In this document: one piece after another, positions 17,943 to 26,898 of the stretch
How the letters are laid out: each line of letters opens with the position of its first letter
How positions within the stretch are numbered: position 1 is the first letter of the stretch
DNA from: Ignavibacteriota bacterium
Lineage (GTDB): Bacteria; Bacteroidota; Ignavibacteria; Palsa-1295
Reading direction: 5' to 3'
NCBI GenBank assembly: GCA_963787835.1
Contig: CAWBEI010000002.1
Coordinates: 1,536,001 to 1,600,000 of the forward strand
DNA length: 64,000 nucleotides
The notes under the pieces: generated by a model
What the model saw: only the letters and a program-made list of their open reading frames with translations
What the model was told of the DNA's origin: nothing
The model's database searches: none
Translations under genes and position numbers: made by a program

Positions 17943-19769
17943 TTATGCCGCTATCGCCATATCTTCAAAGACTCGTTCATCATAGATGATCTGTTTTGCA
18001 AGCTCCCGCCCGCGTTCGTCGATCTTGTGCAGGGGCATGATCTTCGCGGCATGCACGATAGCCATATCTAATCCTGCTTCTATCGCAAAATGTAGAAAAA
18101 CGGAATTCAGTACATGCCGCGAATGTGGGTTGAGACCGAAAGAAATGTTGGATACCCCTAAAATGGTCCTGCATCTTGGGTGCGCTTGCTTGATCATGCG
18201 AATGGCCTCGATCGTTTCGATGCCAGCCTTGCGGAATTCTTCATCGCCGGAGCCAAGCGTGAATGTGAGTGTGTCGAAGATCAGATCTTCTTCCCTCATG
18301 CCAAATTTATTGACCGAGAGATCAATGATCCGTTTTGCAATTTCAAATTTCTTCTCTCGTGTTTTTGCCATGCCGTCTTCATCAATGGTAAGTGCAATGA
18401 CCGCCGCACCATATTTCTTGCAGAGCGGCAGTACGTGTTTCATCCGCTCCTCGCCATCTTCCAAATTGATGGAGTTGACGATCGCGCGCCCAGCATAATG
18501 CTTCAGTGCCTCTTCGATGACGGGATATTCGGTGGAATCAATGACGAGCGGGACAGTCACGGCGGTGTTCATCCGTGACATTACTTCCCGCATATCGCGC
18601 ACTTCATCGCGTCCAACAAATGCCACGCATACGTCCAGCATGTGGGCGCCTTCCCGGATCTGCTCTTTTGCCATCGAAACGGCGGTGTCCCACTCCTCGG
18701 CGAGCAAAAGATCGCGGAATTTTTTCGAGCCGTTCGTATTGCATCGTTCGCCAACAATGACCGGTGCTGGATCGACGTGCATTGGCACCGATGAATAAAT
18801 GGATGCTGCCGAAGGTGTCCATTCGAATGCGCGCTGTTTCGGCGTAATGCGTTCAGCAAGATTCGCTAATCTGGCAATGTGTTCTTTCGTCGTCCCGCAG
18901 CATCCTCCAATGACAGATACGCCGAGATCACCTACGAAATGGGTCATGTATTGTTCGAGTTCATCCGGCGTAAGATGATAATGTGCCACGCCGCCGATAT
19001 TTTCAGGTAATCCGGCATTTGGCATGACGAATACCGGCAGTGGGGAAGTTTGCGTGAGAAAACGCACATTCTCCTCCATCTCTTTAGGCCCGGTTGCGCA
19101 GTTCATGCCGATGGCGGAAATGATGTCATAAGGTTCGAGCGCAGTCAGCGCAGCGCCGATCTCGGTGCCCATGAGCATCGTTCCCATTGTTTCAATAGTA
19201 ACCGATGTAATAACGGGAATCTGCGTTCGTCTATCGCGGAACAAGTCCTGGGCCGCTGCAAGCGCGGCTTTGATCTGCAGCAGATCCTGGCAGGTCTCGA
19301 TGATGAAAAGATCGGCTCCGCCATCGAGAAGGCCTGCCATTTGTTCGTAAAACGTGTCGCGCATCGCATCGAACCGAATATGTCCGAGCGAGGGAAGTTT
19401 TGTTGTTGGGCCGATAGAGCCGGCTACGAAGCGCGGTTTTGCTTTAGTTGAAAACTCATTTGCCATGCGTCTGGCGATGGCCGCGCCTTCTTTCGAAAGC
19501 TCGTATGCAATGGATTCGAGTCCATATTCTGCAAGCACGATCGAGGACGAACCAAAGGTATCCGTCTCGATAATATCCGCGCCGGCAGAGAGATAATCGC
19601 TGTGAACCCGCTCGACCGCGCTGGGTTTCGAACGGATCAAATATTCATTGCATCCCGCGAGATGTTCTCCACCAAAATCATCCGGTGTGAGATTTTGCGT
19701 TTGCAGATTCGTACCCGTGGCGCCATCGAAAACGAGGACACGGTCATGTGTTAATAGTTTTAGATCCAT
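17943..19769 (-). CDS. metH: cobalamin-dependent methionine synthase, N-terminal half only (homocysteine-binding and pterin-binding domains)
   Basis: DGATGT, GMNCATGP, PNAGLP, GGCCGTT, VGERCNTNGSKKF, NSINLEDGEER, GVSNISFG. Ends before the B12-binding DxHxxG domain. Confidence 0.92.
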   Translation of the reverse strand: MDLKLLTHDRVLVFDGATGTNLQTQNLTPDDFGGEHLAGCNEYLIRSKPSAVERVHSDYLSAGADIIETDTFGSSSIVLAEYGLESIAYELSKEGAAIARRMANEFSTKAKPRFVAGSIGPTTKLPSLGHIRFDAMRDTFYEQMAGLLDGGADLFIIETCQDLLQIKAALAAAQDLFRDRRTQIPVITSVTIETMGTMLMGTEIGAALTALEPYDIISAIGMNCATGPKEMEENVRFLTQTSPLPVFVMPNAGLPENIGGVAHYHLTPDELEQYMTHFVGDLGVSVIGGCCGTTKEHIARLANLAERITPKQRAFEWTPSAASIYSSVPMHVDPAPVIVGERCNTNGSKKFRDLLLAEEWDTAVSMAKEQIREGAHMLDVCVAFVGRDEVRDMREVMSRMNTAVTVPLVIDSTEYPVIEEALKHYAGRAIVNSINLEDGEERMKHVLPLCKKYGAAVIALTIDEDGMAKTREKKFEIAKRIIDLSVNKFGMREEDLIFDTLTFTLGSGDEEFRKAGIETIEAIRMIKQAHPRCRTILGVSNISFGLNPHSRHVLNSVFLHFAIEAGLDMAIVHAAKIMPLHKIDERGRELAKQIIYDERVFEDMAIAA

Positions 19770-19806
19770 AAAAAAGCACCTCGCCGATTTTATACCGACG
19801 AGGTGC
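19770..19806 (-). terminator. intrinsic terminator in the metH leader (riboswitch expression platform)
   Basis: Minus strand GCACCUCGUCG-GUAUAAAAU-CGGCGAGGUGC-UUUUUU immediately before the ATG at 19769. Confidence 0.75.
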
Positions 19807-19834
19807 CACTCAAAAACAACTATGAAACAGCACG

Positions 19835-19920
19835 CTTTAGCTTTTATTTAATGGGCCACCCGTATGATCGCTCATGGACATGTCCCGCGTCGCAGCAAGC
19901 TGTCGGTCAAAGCACGACGT
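19835..19920 (-). promoter_or_regulatory. SAM-II (long-loop type) riboswitch aptamer
   Basis: Minus strand CGUCGUGCUUUGACCGACAGCUUGCUGCGACG...long loop...UAAAUAAAAGCUAAAG; P1 CGUCGU/GCGACG and pseudoknot AGCUU/AAGCU; upstream of metH. Confidence 0.8.
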
Positions 19921-19952
19921 GGTTTAATAACCAGTTCGCCGTCTCAAAGATT

Positions 19953-20660
19953 TCAGTGATTGGGTGGTAGTTCAGGAGTATGTCCATTTTCGTTTAGGAC
20001 ACCAATGCAAAATCCGAGAAGAATGCCATGATCAAAACCCTCGGCAGAGAGGGTAGCATAGTAGGTGAGCCCAATTCCAAAATTATCTCCCAAAGGCATA
20101 AAAAACTCGGCCTGCAATGGAAGATCCAAATAATTGACTGTGATGTGCGGCGGGTAATTTACCTGGTAGGGATTTTCGAGGTAATGGAATCGGTGCCGTA
20201 ATCCTACGCCAACCGAACCATTCAAGAAGAAGGGCTGATACGAGCCATACCCAACAAGCACATCATATTCATCTAAACTTTCGGAATTATTGCCGCCACC
20301 ATTATAGTCTCTCACGTCAAGATACCGAAAGCGATACAGAATATTATTCTGCTGATACGTAAGATTCAGCAGTGCTGCCCAATCTTCGAATTGGTAGGGG
20401 ATTTCGCTTTCGCTTCCAAAACCTATTGTGAACCATCCAAGGTTAACAATATGCTGCTCATGCGAAAGAGTGTCTTGATGTGTAAGATACGCCTTCCAGG
20501 TGGGGTATCCAGCGTATGGACCGTGAGAAACAGTATCAGCTTTTGTTGAATCTTGCTGCGCAAAAGTGGACCGTGGGGAGATCGCGAACGTGAGCAAAAC
20601 GGCGAATACAACGAATACGAATTTCATCACTTCACTATAATCGGATGGAGTGAGAAACAT
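19953..20660 (-). CDS. hypothetical exported protein, probable outer-membrane beta-barrel
   Basis: Signal peptide (MKFVF...FAQQ), alternating aromatic/Gly strands (YDVLVGYG, LPLQAEF, FGIGLTYY). Confidence 0.6.
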   Translation of the reverse strand: MFLTPSDYSEVMKFVFVVFAVLLTFAISPRSTFAQQDSTKADTVSHGPYAGYPTWKAYLTHQDTLSHEQHIVNLGWFTIGFGSESEIPYQFEDWAALLNLTYQQNNILYRFRYLDVRDYNGGGNNSESLDEYDVLVGYGSYQPFFLNGSVGVGLRHRFHYLENPYQVNYPPHITVNYLDLPLQAEFFMPLGDNFGIGLTYYATLSAEGFDHGILLGFCIGVLNENGHTPELPPNH

Positions 20661-20680
20661 TCCCCCTGTGTTGGGGCATC

Positions 20681-21169
20681 ATGGAAATACCTCAATATGG
20701 AGCTATTTATGAGTCACCACTTGGATCGCTTCGAATTTTTGCGGGTGAACAAGGGATTTCGCACATTCAATTTTCCGGTCAGAAAGAACTGCCAGCCACA
20801 GTAGTATCGAACGCAATCGTCGAACAGTGTGTCGTCGAGCTTCACGAATACTTTGAAGGTAAACGTACCCAATTTAATGTGACTCTTACACCGGTTGGAA
20901 CGCCATTCGAGGAAAAAGTGTGGGAGACACTGATACAAGTCCCGTATGGAGAAACCTGTTCCTATCTCGAAATTGCAAACCGTATGAATAACCCCAAAGC
21001 AATTCGTGCTATTGGCCGAGCGAACGGCGCGAACCCGATCGCGATCGTAATTCCCTGCCATCGTGTGGTAGGCGCAGATGGTTCGCTTGTTGGCTATTCG
21101 GGCGAGCTTTGGCGTAAGCGCTGGCTGCTCGACCATGAAGCCAGAGTTACAGGAAGTATTTTATTATGA
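20681..21169 (+). CDS. ogt: methylated-DNA--protein-cysteine methyltransferase
   Basis: YESPLG, GTPFEEKVW, VPYGET, RAIGRANGANPI, active-site PCHRV. Confidence 0.95.
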   Translation: MEIPQYGAIYESPLGSLRIFAGEQGISHIQFSGQKELPATVVSNAIVEQCVVELHEYFEGKRTQFNVTLTPVGTPFEEKVWETLIQVPYGETCSYLEIANRMNNPKAIRAIGRANGANPIAIVIPCHRVVGADGSLVGYSGELWRKRWLLDHEARVTGSILL

Positions 21170-22857
21170 TGAATACTTCCAAAGCTGTACCAATGCCTCG
21201 TTTGTCACGAAACGTTTTCTTGTTACTGATAATCATTGTTACTGCCGCGTTGTGGTTCGGCGTTGCGGGAATCCGGTTGAATTCTGATGATTATCAGTAT
21301 CTCGCATCACTTGCGCCGATTCAGCATGTCGGAGATGTGCTCCGCCCCTTTGTATCGCCTGATGCGAACCCAAGTTTTTTTCGTCCCGTCGCAAATGTGA
21401 CGATGGTGCTTGACTTATTATTGTTCGGATGGAACGGCGCAGGATTTCATCTGACAAATCTATTCTTTCATTTTGTTGCCACGCTGCTGGTTTTCTATTT
21501 TGTTCGTGATGTGTTCAATCTGACAGAGAAAGAATCCCTGTGGGCTGCTCTCATTTTTGGCGTCATCGCATCGCACGAATATAATCTTGTGGTCGATACG
21601 GCGCGTGCGGATATGTTGGCAGCGATTTTTGTGATGCTTACGTTCCTGCTGCAAAAGCGTGGCTATCACATTTCGGCCCTCATCTCGTTCGTATTGGCAC
21701 TGCTTTCGAAGGAGATCGCCATCATGATTCTCCCATTGCTGCCGATGCTATGTTGGGAGAAGGACGATTCTAAAGGCTCAAATTTGAAACGTTCGCTCCT
21801 GCTCGTCTCGCCCTATCTTGTTATTTCGATCGGGTACTATTTTTATCATGCGCATTTTACACAGTCAATTTTTCAAAGTCAGCCATTGTCATCCGAAGGC
21901 GCTCATTCTTTTTTTGCATTTCTTCGGAATGCAGCGTACTCCACAGGTTATTTTATTCTTCCGCTGGATCTGGGCTCAGCCACGATCGTTCTTGGCCGAT
22001 ATCAAGCATTCGCATTTTCACTTGGGGTGCTGCTCCTGATCTTGCTTATGTGGGCTGTTTTTCGAAAGCACCATGACTTGGGTTCCCTTTTGCTTCCATG
22101 TGCTTTTACATGTTTTACGGGCATCGTGCTTTGCCTTACCTTCGAACGCTGGCGTCTCTATCTTCCTTCAGTGAGCCTCGTGGCAATCATCGTTCTCGTG
22201 TTCAGCCGTTTTACCACTCGAACGGTTCGTGTGTTGCTGTTAGTGATAATGATCCCCCTTGGAGCGTTTCATGTGTATCGCGCTCTTGCGGCGGAGTCCG
22301 AATGGCGCGCAAGCACAGAGCTTCGAGATAAACTGAAGGATAACCTATCGAATATTCTTGCTTACATTCCTGAGCGGCCACTCACCATTGGCATGCTTGC
22401 TGTGCCGGCAAAATTGGGAAGTGCATCCGTCATGCAGCTTGGCCAGGGAGCACTGGTCACACGTGCAGAGGCCGACCGCATCAGCCAACTTAATCGAGAA
22501 ACCGCTTCCATCGCTGGCGCGAATGTAAATTCCTGGACCGCTGTCGAAATTTATGCGCTCGATCGTTCGGAAGGTTTTCGTGGGCTTGAACACACGCGCT
22601 TGGCAAAGGATCGATTTCTCATAACGGTACCACACGTGAGTTCGATCATTCTTTACCCGGCGAGTAGTTCACGCAATGGAAATGATCGCAGGGGCCAAAG
22701 TCTTGAGGTTGGGGATTCTGTAGTCACTCCAGAATTTGTTGACATCGTGCGAGCGGTTGCGAATGGGAACGCAAAATCCATTGAAGTCCGTGTGATTGAT
22801 ACTACTGCAGCGCTCTTTTTCTTCGACAGTTCTCTCGAGTTCCACCGTATTCGCTGA
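21166..22857 (+). CDS. polytopic GT-C-fold glycosyltransferase (TMTC/PMT-like)
   Basis: First-loop SDDY, FFRPV, FHLTNLFFH, ALLSKE, ERWRLYLPS; many TM helices. Confidence 0.75.
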   Translation: MMNTSKAVPMPRLSRNVFLLLIIIVTAALWFGVAGIRLNSDDYQYLASLAPIQHVGDVLRPFVSPDANPSFFRPVANVTMVLDLLLFGWNGAGFHLTNLFFHFVATLLVFYFVRDVFNLTEKESLWAALIFGVIASHEYNLVVDTARADMLAAIFVMLTFLLQKRGYHISALISFVLALLSKEIAIMILPLLPMLCWEKDDSKGSNLKRSLLLVSPYLVISIGYYFYHAHFTQSIFQSQPLSSEGAHSFFAFLRNAAYSTGYFILPLDLGSATIVLGRYQAFAFSLGVLLLILLMWAVFRKHHDLGSLLLPCAFTCFTGIVLCLTFERWRLYLPSVSLVAIIVLVFSRFTTRTVRVLLLVIMIPLGAFHVYRALAAESEWRASTELRDKLKDNLSNILAYIPERPLTIGMLAVPAKLGSASVMQLGQGALVTRAEADRISQLNRETASIAGANVNSWTAVEIYALDRSEGFRGLEHTRLAKDRFLITVPHVSSIILYPASSSRNGNDRRGQSLEVGDSVVTPEFVDIVRAVANGNAKSIEVRVIDTTAALFFFDSSLEFHRIR

Positions 22858-22860
22858 TTC

Positions 22861-24465
22861 TCATTTTCGTGAAGTAGAGTCCGATCGTGATCGAAAGATC
22901 TGATAGCCGCCAAACGTGGTGTCATAGCAATAAGAGGAACGAAGTAAGCTATCGAAGCAGGGTAAGAAGCGCAGACAGCTTTCATAAGGATCGTTTAAAT
23001 ACACAAAATGCGTGTTTCGCGCCAGCACAATAAACCGGGGCTGCACAAGGCGAAGAGAATCCACATATTCCTTTTGCCACTTTTTTTGGTAGTCTGTGTA
23101 TGCTGGCAGTCCATCCGTGCTGGTGTTAGCTCTGAGTGCGATCGCGTTCAGAACGACATATCGTGTCGTTTGCTCATGACCGCAATGCAGAACCAAGTGT
23201 GGGTCATACGAGCAGACTTCGATCCGGCCATCCTTGTTTTCGGACCGTTGTAAATATCGGCACGAAGCTCGTTCTGCTGCGCCACCCCAATAAGGGTTCG
23301 GGAATTGCCAATCATAGGTATAGTTCCACGCGTCTTGTCCTTCTACCAATGCCAGCACAAACGCAATAGGAGATCGAGGATAATAGGTCACGAACGTACA
23401 ACCAACGAAAGAGACCAGAAACACTACGCGGCTCCGCCAGGCCGACTTAGCTCGTGCTGCCAGGAACTCGATCCCGATCGCGGGATAGGGAATTACGAAC
23501 AGAAAAAAGGGGGCGAAGTGATACGAAAAATATTTTCGCATCATAAGTGCGATCCCTAAACTTGATATCAGGATGCACCCAAAGAGCATCAATTCCCAGA
23601 ACGTTGGCATTCGACTAACCGATGCAGAGCCTTTCCTTGCCAGGAGCACGAATCCATAGATCGCGAAGGGCAAAATCAGTGCTCTTCGCCCAAGCTCTTC
23701 CAACAGGGCTATGAAACCGTTCGTGATGGGTGCATAGAGATCGAGATTCCATCGGATCGACTGAAGATAGAATTCCTCGATACCTCGTGGGAATCCTGAG
23801 ATCCAAAGAATGAACAAACCTAACGGTAGAAGGCCTGCACCTAAAAATTCCATCGCTCGCGGGATGGAATGCCAGGTAAAACTTCCCTCATTAGTGATGA
23901 GCAAGCTTATCGCCAGGATCGCCAGATAAACTATCGCAGTGGGCCTCATCATGAGATGCATACCAGCAACAAGTCCGGATGACAGAATCCACATGTGGGG
24001 CGAGAAATGTGACTCTCTTGCTCGGATCAGAAGATAGACGCTGAGAACGATGAGCATGGCTCCATAGACATCTCTTTCCGATAGCAAAAGGCTTCCCGCG
24101 CTGACATAATATCCACAATAGAGTAATGCAGCAAGTGCTGCAGTTCGAGGGCGCAACCAGCGCAGCCAGAAGCGGTACAGAAAGCCGGTAAAAAGTATTT
24201 GAACTGCACAGTCAAATAGTCGCAGTCCAAGGTCCGAGGTTCCAAACACAACCATCGAAAACCAGTGTATGTAGATGATCCCAGGGAAATCATGGATCCA
24301 GATTCCGATATACGGGATGCGCCCACTTTGATAGACTTGCAATGCCATGTTCTGCATGAGTGCATTATCATATCCTAAGGGTTTAACAATGGTCAGAACC
24401 AGCATTAAGGTGCTTAGAGTAAGCACCAGTAAGAGCGGTCGATCTCGGTAAATTGGTATTTTCAC
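22861..24465 (-). CDS. GT-C (ArnT/family-39-like) membrane glycosyltransferase
   Basis: GYDNAL...GRIPYIGIWIHDFPGI...FG...LRLFD, ERD, KYFSYHFAP; multiple TM helices. Confidence 0.75.
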   Translation of the reverse strand: MKIPIYRDRPLLLVLTLSTLMLVLTIVKPLGYDNALMQNMALQVYQSGRIPYIGIWIHDFPGIIYIHWFSMVVFGTSDLGLRLFDCAVQILFTGFLYRFWLRWLRPRTAALAALLYCGYYVSAGSLLLSERDVYGAMLIVLSVYLLIRARESHFSPHMWILSSGLVAGMHLMMRPTAIVYLAILAISLLITNEGSFTWHSIPRAMEFLGAGLLPLGLFILWISGFPRGIEEFYLQSIRWNLDLYAPITNGFIALLEELGRRALILPFAIYGFVLLARKGSASVSRMPTFWELMLFGCILISSLGIALMMRKYFSYHFAPFFLFVIPYPAIGIEFLAARAKSAWRSRVVFLVSFVGCTFVTYYPRSPIAFVLALVEGQDAWNYTYDWQFPNPYWGGAAERASCRYLQRSENKDGRIEVCSYDPHLVLHCGHEQTTRYVVLNAIALRANTSTDGLPAYTDYQKKWQKEYVDSLRLVQPRFIVLARNTHFVYLNDPYESCLRFLPCFDSLLRSSYCYDTTFGGYQIFRSRSDSTSRK

Positions 24466-24502
24466 ATGTAAAGAAACGATTGATTGTTATGTTCTGTGCA
24501 GC

Positions 24503-25333
24503 ATGTTCCAATTACAAGCCCAAAAGTCGTTAGGCCAGCATTTCCTTGTTGATCCGAAGTATCATCAGCGGATCGTCGAAGCGGTCGCACCTGTGCATGG
24601 TGATGTTGTGATCGAGATCGGCCCTGGTACCGGACTTCTGACCCGCCACTTGCTTGCCAGCCCTCTGGAAAAGCTGATCGCCTATGAACTGGATGCTCGT
24701 GCCATTCCGGAACTGCGGGAGATGTTCTTCGCTGAGGGTGATCGCTTCGAGGTAATCGAACAAGATTTTTTGGAAGTCGATCTGAGTGTATTGGCTCAGA
24801 AATACGCTCGAAAAAATCGCGTAGTAGGGAACATTCCATACTACATTACTTCGCCGATCCTTTTCAAGCTCATAGATGAGCGGGAAGCCGTGAACGATGC
24901 CGTGTTGCTTGTTCAAAAGGAGGTGGCAGACCGCTTGGTCGCTTCCCCCAGAACGAAAGCGTATGGTATTCCAAACGTCCTTGCAAACTTCTTCGGAGAG
25001 GTGAAACACCTTTTTCGTGTTCCAGCGGGAGCGTTTCGGCCTGTGCCTAAGGTCGATTCCGCAGTGGTCAGGATTGATTTTTCTCGCGATCATTTCACTC
25101 GAATTGGAACATCCAGACCTCCGGACTTCGACGATCTTGCGTTCCGAAAACTGGTTCGAGCCCTTTTTGCCATGAGAAGAAAGACGGTGCGAAATAATCT
25201 GAAAGCATTCGTTTCTTCGGAAGTAATGGAGCGATTGGAAACCAGTCCCGAAGCTCGTTTTCTCACTGCCCGAGCAGAAGAGTTTACCATTCCAGATTTT
25301 CTCGAGCTTTTTGCCGCGATCTCGGTAAACTGA
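24503..25333 (+). CDS. rsmA: 16S rRNA m6(2)A dimethyltransferase
   Basis: KSLGQHFL, EIGPGTG, GNIPYYITSPI, QKEVADRL, FRPVPKVDS, RRKT. Confidence 0.97.
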   Translation: MFQLQAQKSLGQHFLVDPKYHQRIVEAVAPVHGDVVIEIGPGTGLLTRHLLASPLEKLIAYELDARAIPELREMFFAEGDRFEVIEQDFLEVDLSVLAQKYARKNRVVGNIPYYITSPILFKLIDEREAVNDAVLLVQKEVADRLVASPRTKAYGIPNVLANFFGEVKHLFRVPAGAFRPVPKVDSAVVRIDFSRDHFTRIGTSRPPDFDDLAFRKLVRALFAMRRKTVRNNLKAFVSSEVMERLETSPEARFLTARAEEFTIPDFLELFAAISVN

Positions 25334-25399
25334 AAGCAATGACTTTCTTTTCATAATTTCCTTTTCTATAAGGAGCCGTCTGTTCCCTTCTGCTGTTAG

Positions 25400-26489
25400 G
25401 TGACCGTCATGGAATCGGAAGCCTTTACCCAAGCTGATCCTCGCGTTGGTGTTACTCGAAGGATGGCGCTTACCTCGCGCATCATTGGCGAGTTTGCGCC
25501 GCATGAGGTGCTTCTGATCTTTTTTGCTGCGTTGTTCAGCTTGATTGCCGTCGTGGCGCATGAGCGTGTTACGGAATGGCCCCAGGTGCTTGTGAACATG
25601 CTTATTGCAGTTGCGATCATTGTTACCATGAGCTTTTGGTCTGTCAGAGCAGGTACGATCGGTGTTGTAGGGCGTTGGCCTCGCCGGCTACGTTTATATT
25701 ATCTGTTTCCGGTCATTCCCATTTATTTCATGACTGCGGGGCTCATTTCACATCCGTTGCATCTGATGGATTTCGATTCCATGCTCATCGCTGCGGATCG
25801 CACCATCTTTGGCGTGAACCCCACCGTATGGCTATATGAGCATTTCCCTTCGTGGCCCTGGCTCACTGAATACCTCATGCTCTGCTACTCCGCATTCTAC
25901 TTTTTGCCACTCGGGCTGGCCATCGAGCTCTATAAACGTGCCAGAAAAAAAAGACGAGTTCGGCCATACAAACCCGTTCTTGTTCGGCGGCGCTCGAAGT
26001 GGGGATCAGCCCGAACCCGTGGAGCAGGTCGTCTTTATTATTGCGTATGGGTTTCTTCTCTCGTATCTGGGGTACATTTGTATTCCTGCGATCGGCCCGC
26101 GTTTTACGTTGCATAACTTTCTAAACCTCTCGAACGAGTTACCCGGTCTTTTTCTGACAGAGCCGCTCAGAACGCTCCTCGACCGTGGCGAAAATATTTT
26201 GCCCGGAATGTCCATGGCGACTATTCTTGCCCGTGTCACCCGCGATGCCTTCCCAAGTGGGCATACCGATGTTACCGTGCTCACGATCCTGCTTGCATTC
26301 CAATTCCGATCGCGGTTGCGATGGCCGATCACCGTTATTGGCCTATGCCTTATTTTCTCGACCGTGTATCTGCGGTATCACTATGTGGTCGATATTCTCG
26401 GCGGCCTCATCATGGCTGTGATCACACTCTACTCCTGGCAGTGGGTGCGAGAGCGCATGATAGAGATACGAGCGCGGTTCGTTCAGTGA
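25400..26489 (+). pseudogene. PAP2-family / inositolphosphoceramide-synthase-like membrane phosphotransferase, split by a +1 frameshift (possibly a sequencing error)
   Basis: N-half (25400-) and C-half (PAIGPRF, DAFPSGH, YLRYHYVVD) join if the A8 run at 25945-25952 is read as A7. Confidence 0.75.
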
Positions 26490-26498
26490 GTGTCACCG

Positions 26499-26713
26499 AG
26501 AAATAGGTGCCATTTCTTTTTCTTGTGAGTTCCCGATGCTCCTTCGTTTCCGAGCTGTTTTCGCCATTCGTTCTGGAAGAACAGCAAAATCCCTTTTCTC
26601 AAAGGACTCGTTCATAACGAAAGCGATACCCGACATCAATTTTCATTGAACATCTGCACCCCGATTCATCTTTCATCTCTCATATTTCATCTTTTCCCCG
26701 GATAGGTGCCCAT
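26499..26713 (-). ncRNA. candidate structured non-coding RNA, copy B (unknown family)
   Basis: Reverse-complement homolog of 16447-16665 with identical block order; downstream of a consensus sigma70 promoter. Confidence 0.65.
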
Positions 26714-26725
26714 AGTCTCACTCTC

Positions 26726-26754
26726 AATATACGGACTTCATTCGACAATGTCAA
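26726..26754 (-). promoter_or_regulatory. near-consensus sigma70 promoter driving ncRNA copy B
   Basis: Minus strand TTGACA (26754-26749), 17 nt, TATATT (26731-26726). Confidence 0.8.
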
Positions 26755-26898
26755 GGAATTCCAAAAGATTTTAGAATTTTTTCGTACACCCCGAAACTTT
26801 CCACCCCGCTTCCGGCAAGTTATACTTGTCGGGCGATCCGGAAGCCATACGGCATTGGAAACAGAGTATCATTGTTCACTTTTTACTTAAATTCGGCT

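Noticed and set aside
25945-25953. AAAAAAG as a programmed -1 ribosomal frameshift site
   Set aside because: Joining the two PAP2 halves needs a +1 shift, not -1.
26495-26615. 40-codon minus-strand ORF (MNESFEKRDF...MAPISR) inside element copy B
   Set aside because: The same frame in copy A stops after 10 codons, so the shared conservation is not protein-coding.
26606-26635. ACTCGTTCATAA-N6 resembling an XerC half of a dif site
   Set aside because: No TTATGTTAAAT-like XerD arm in either copy.
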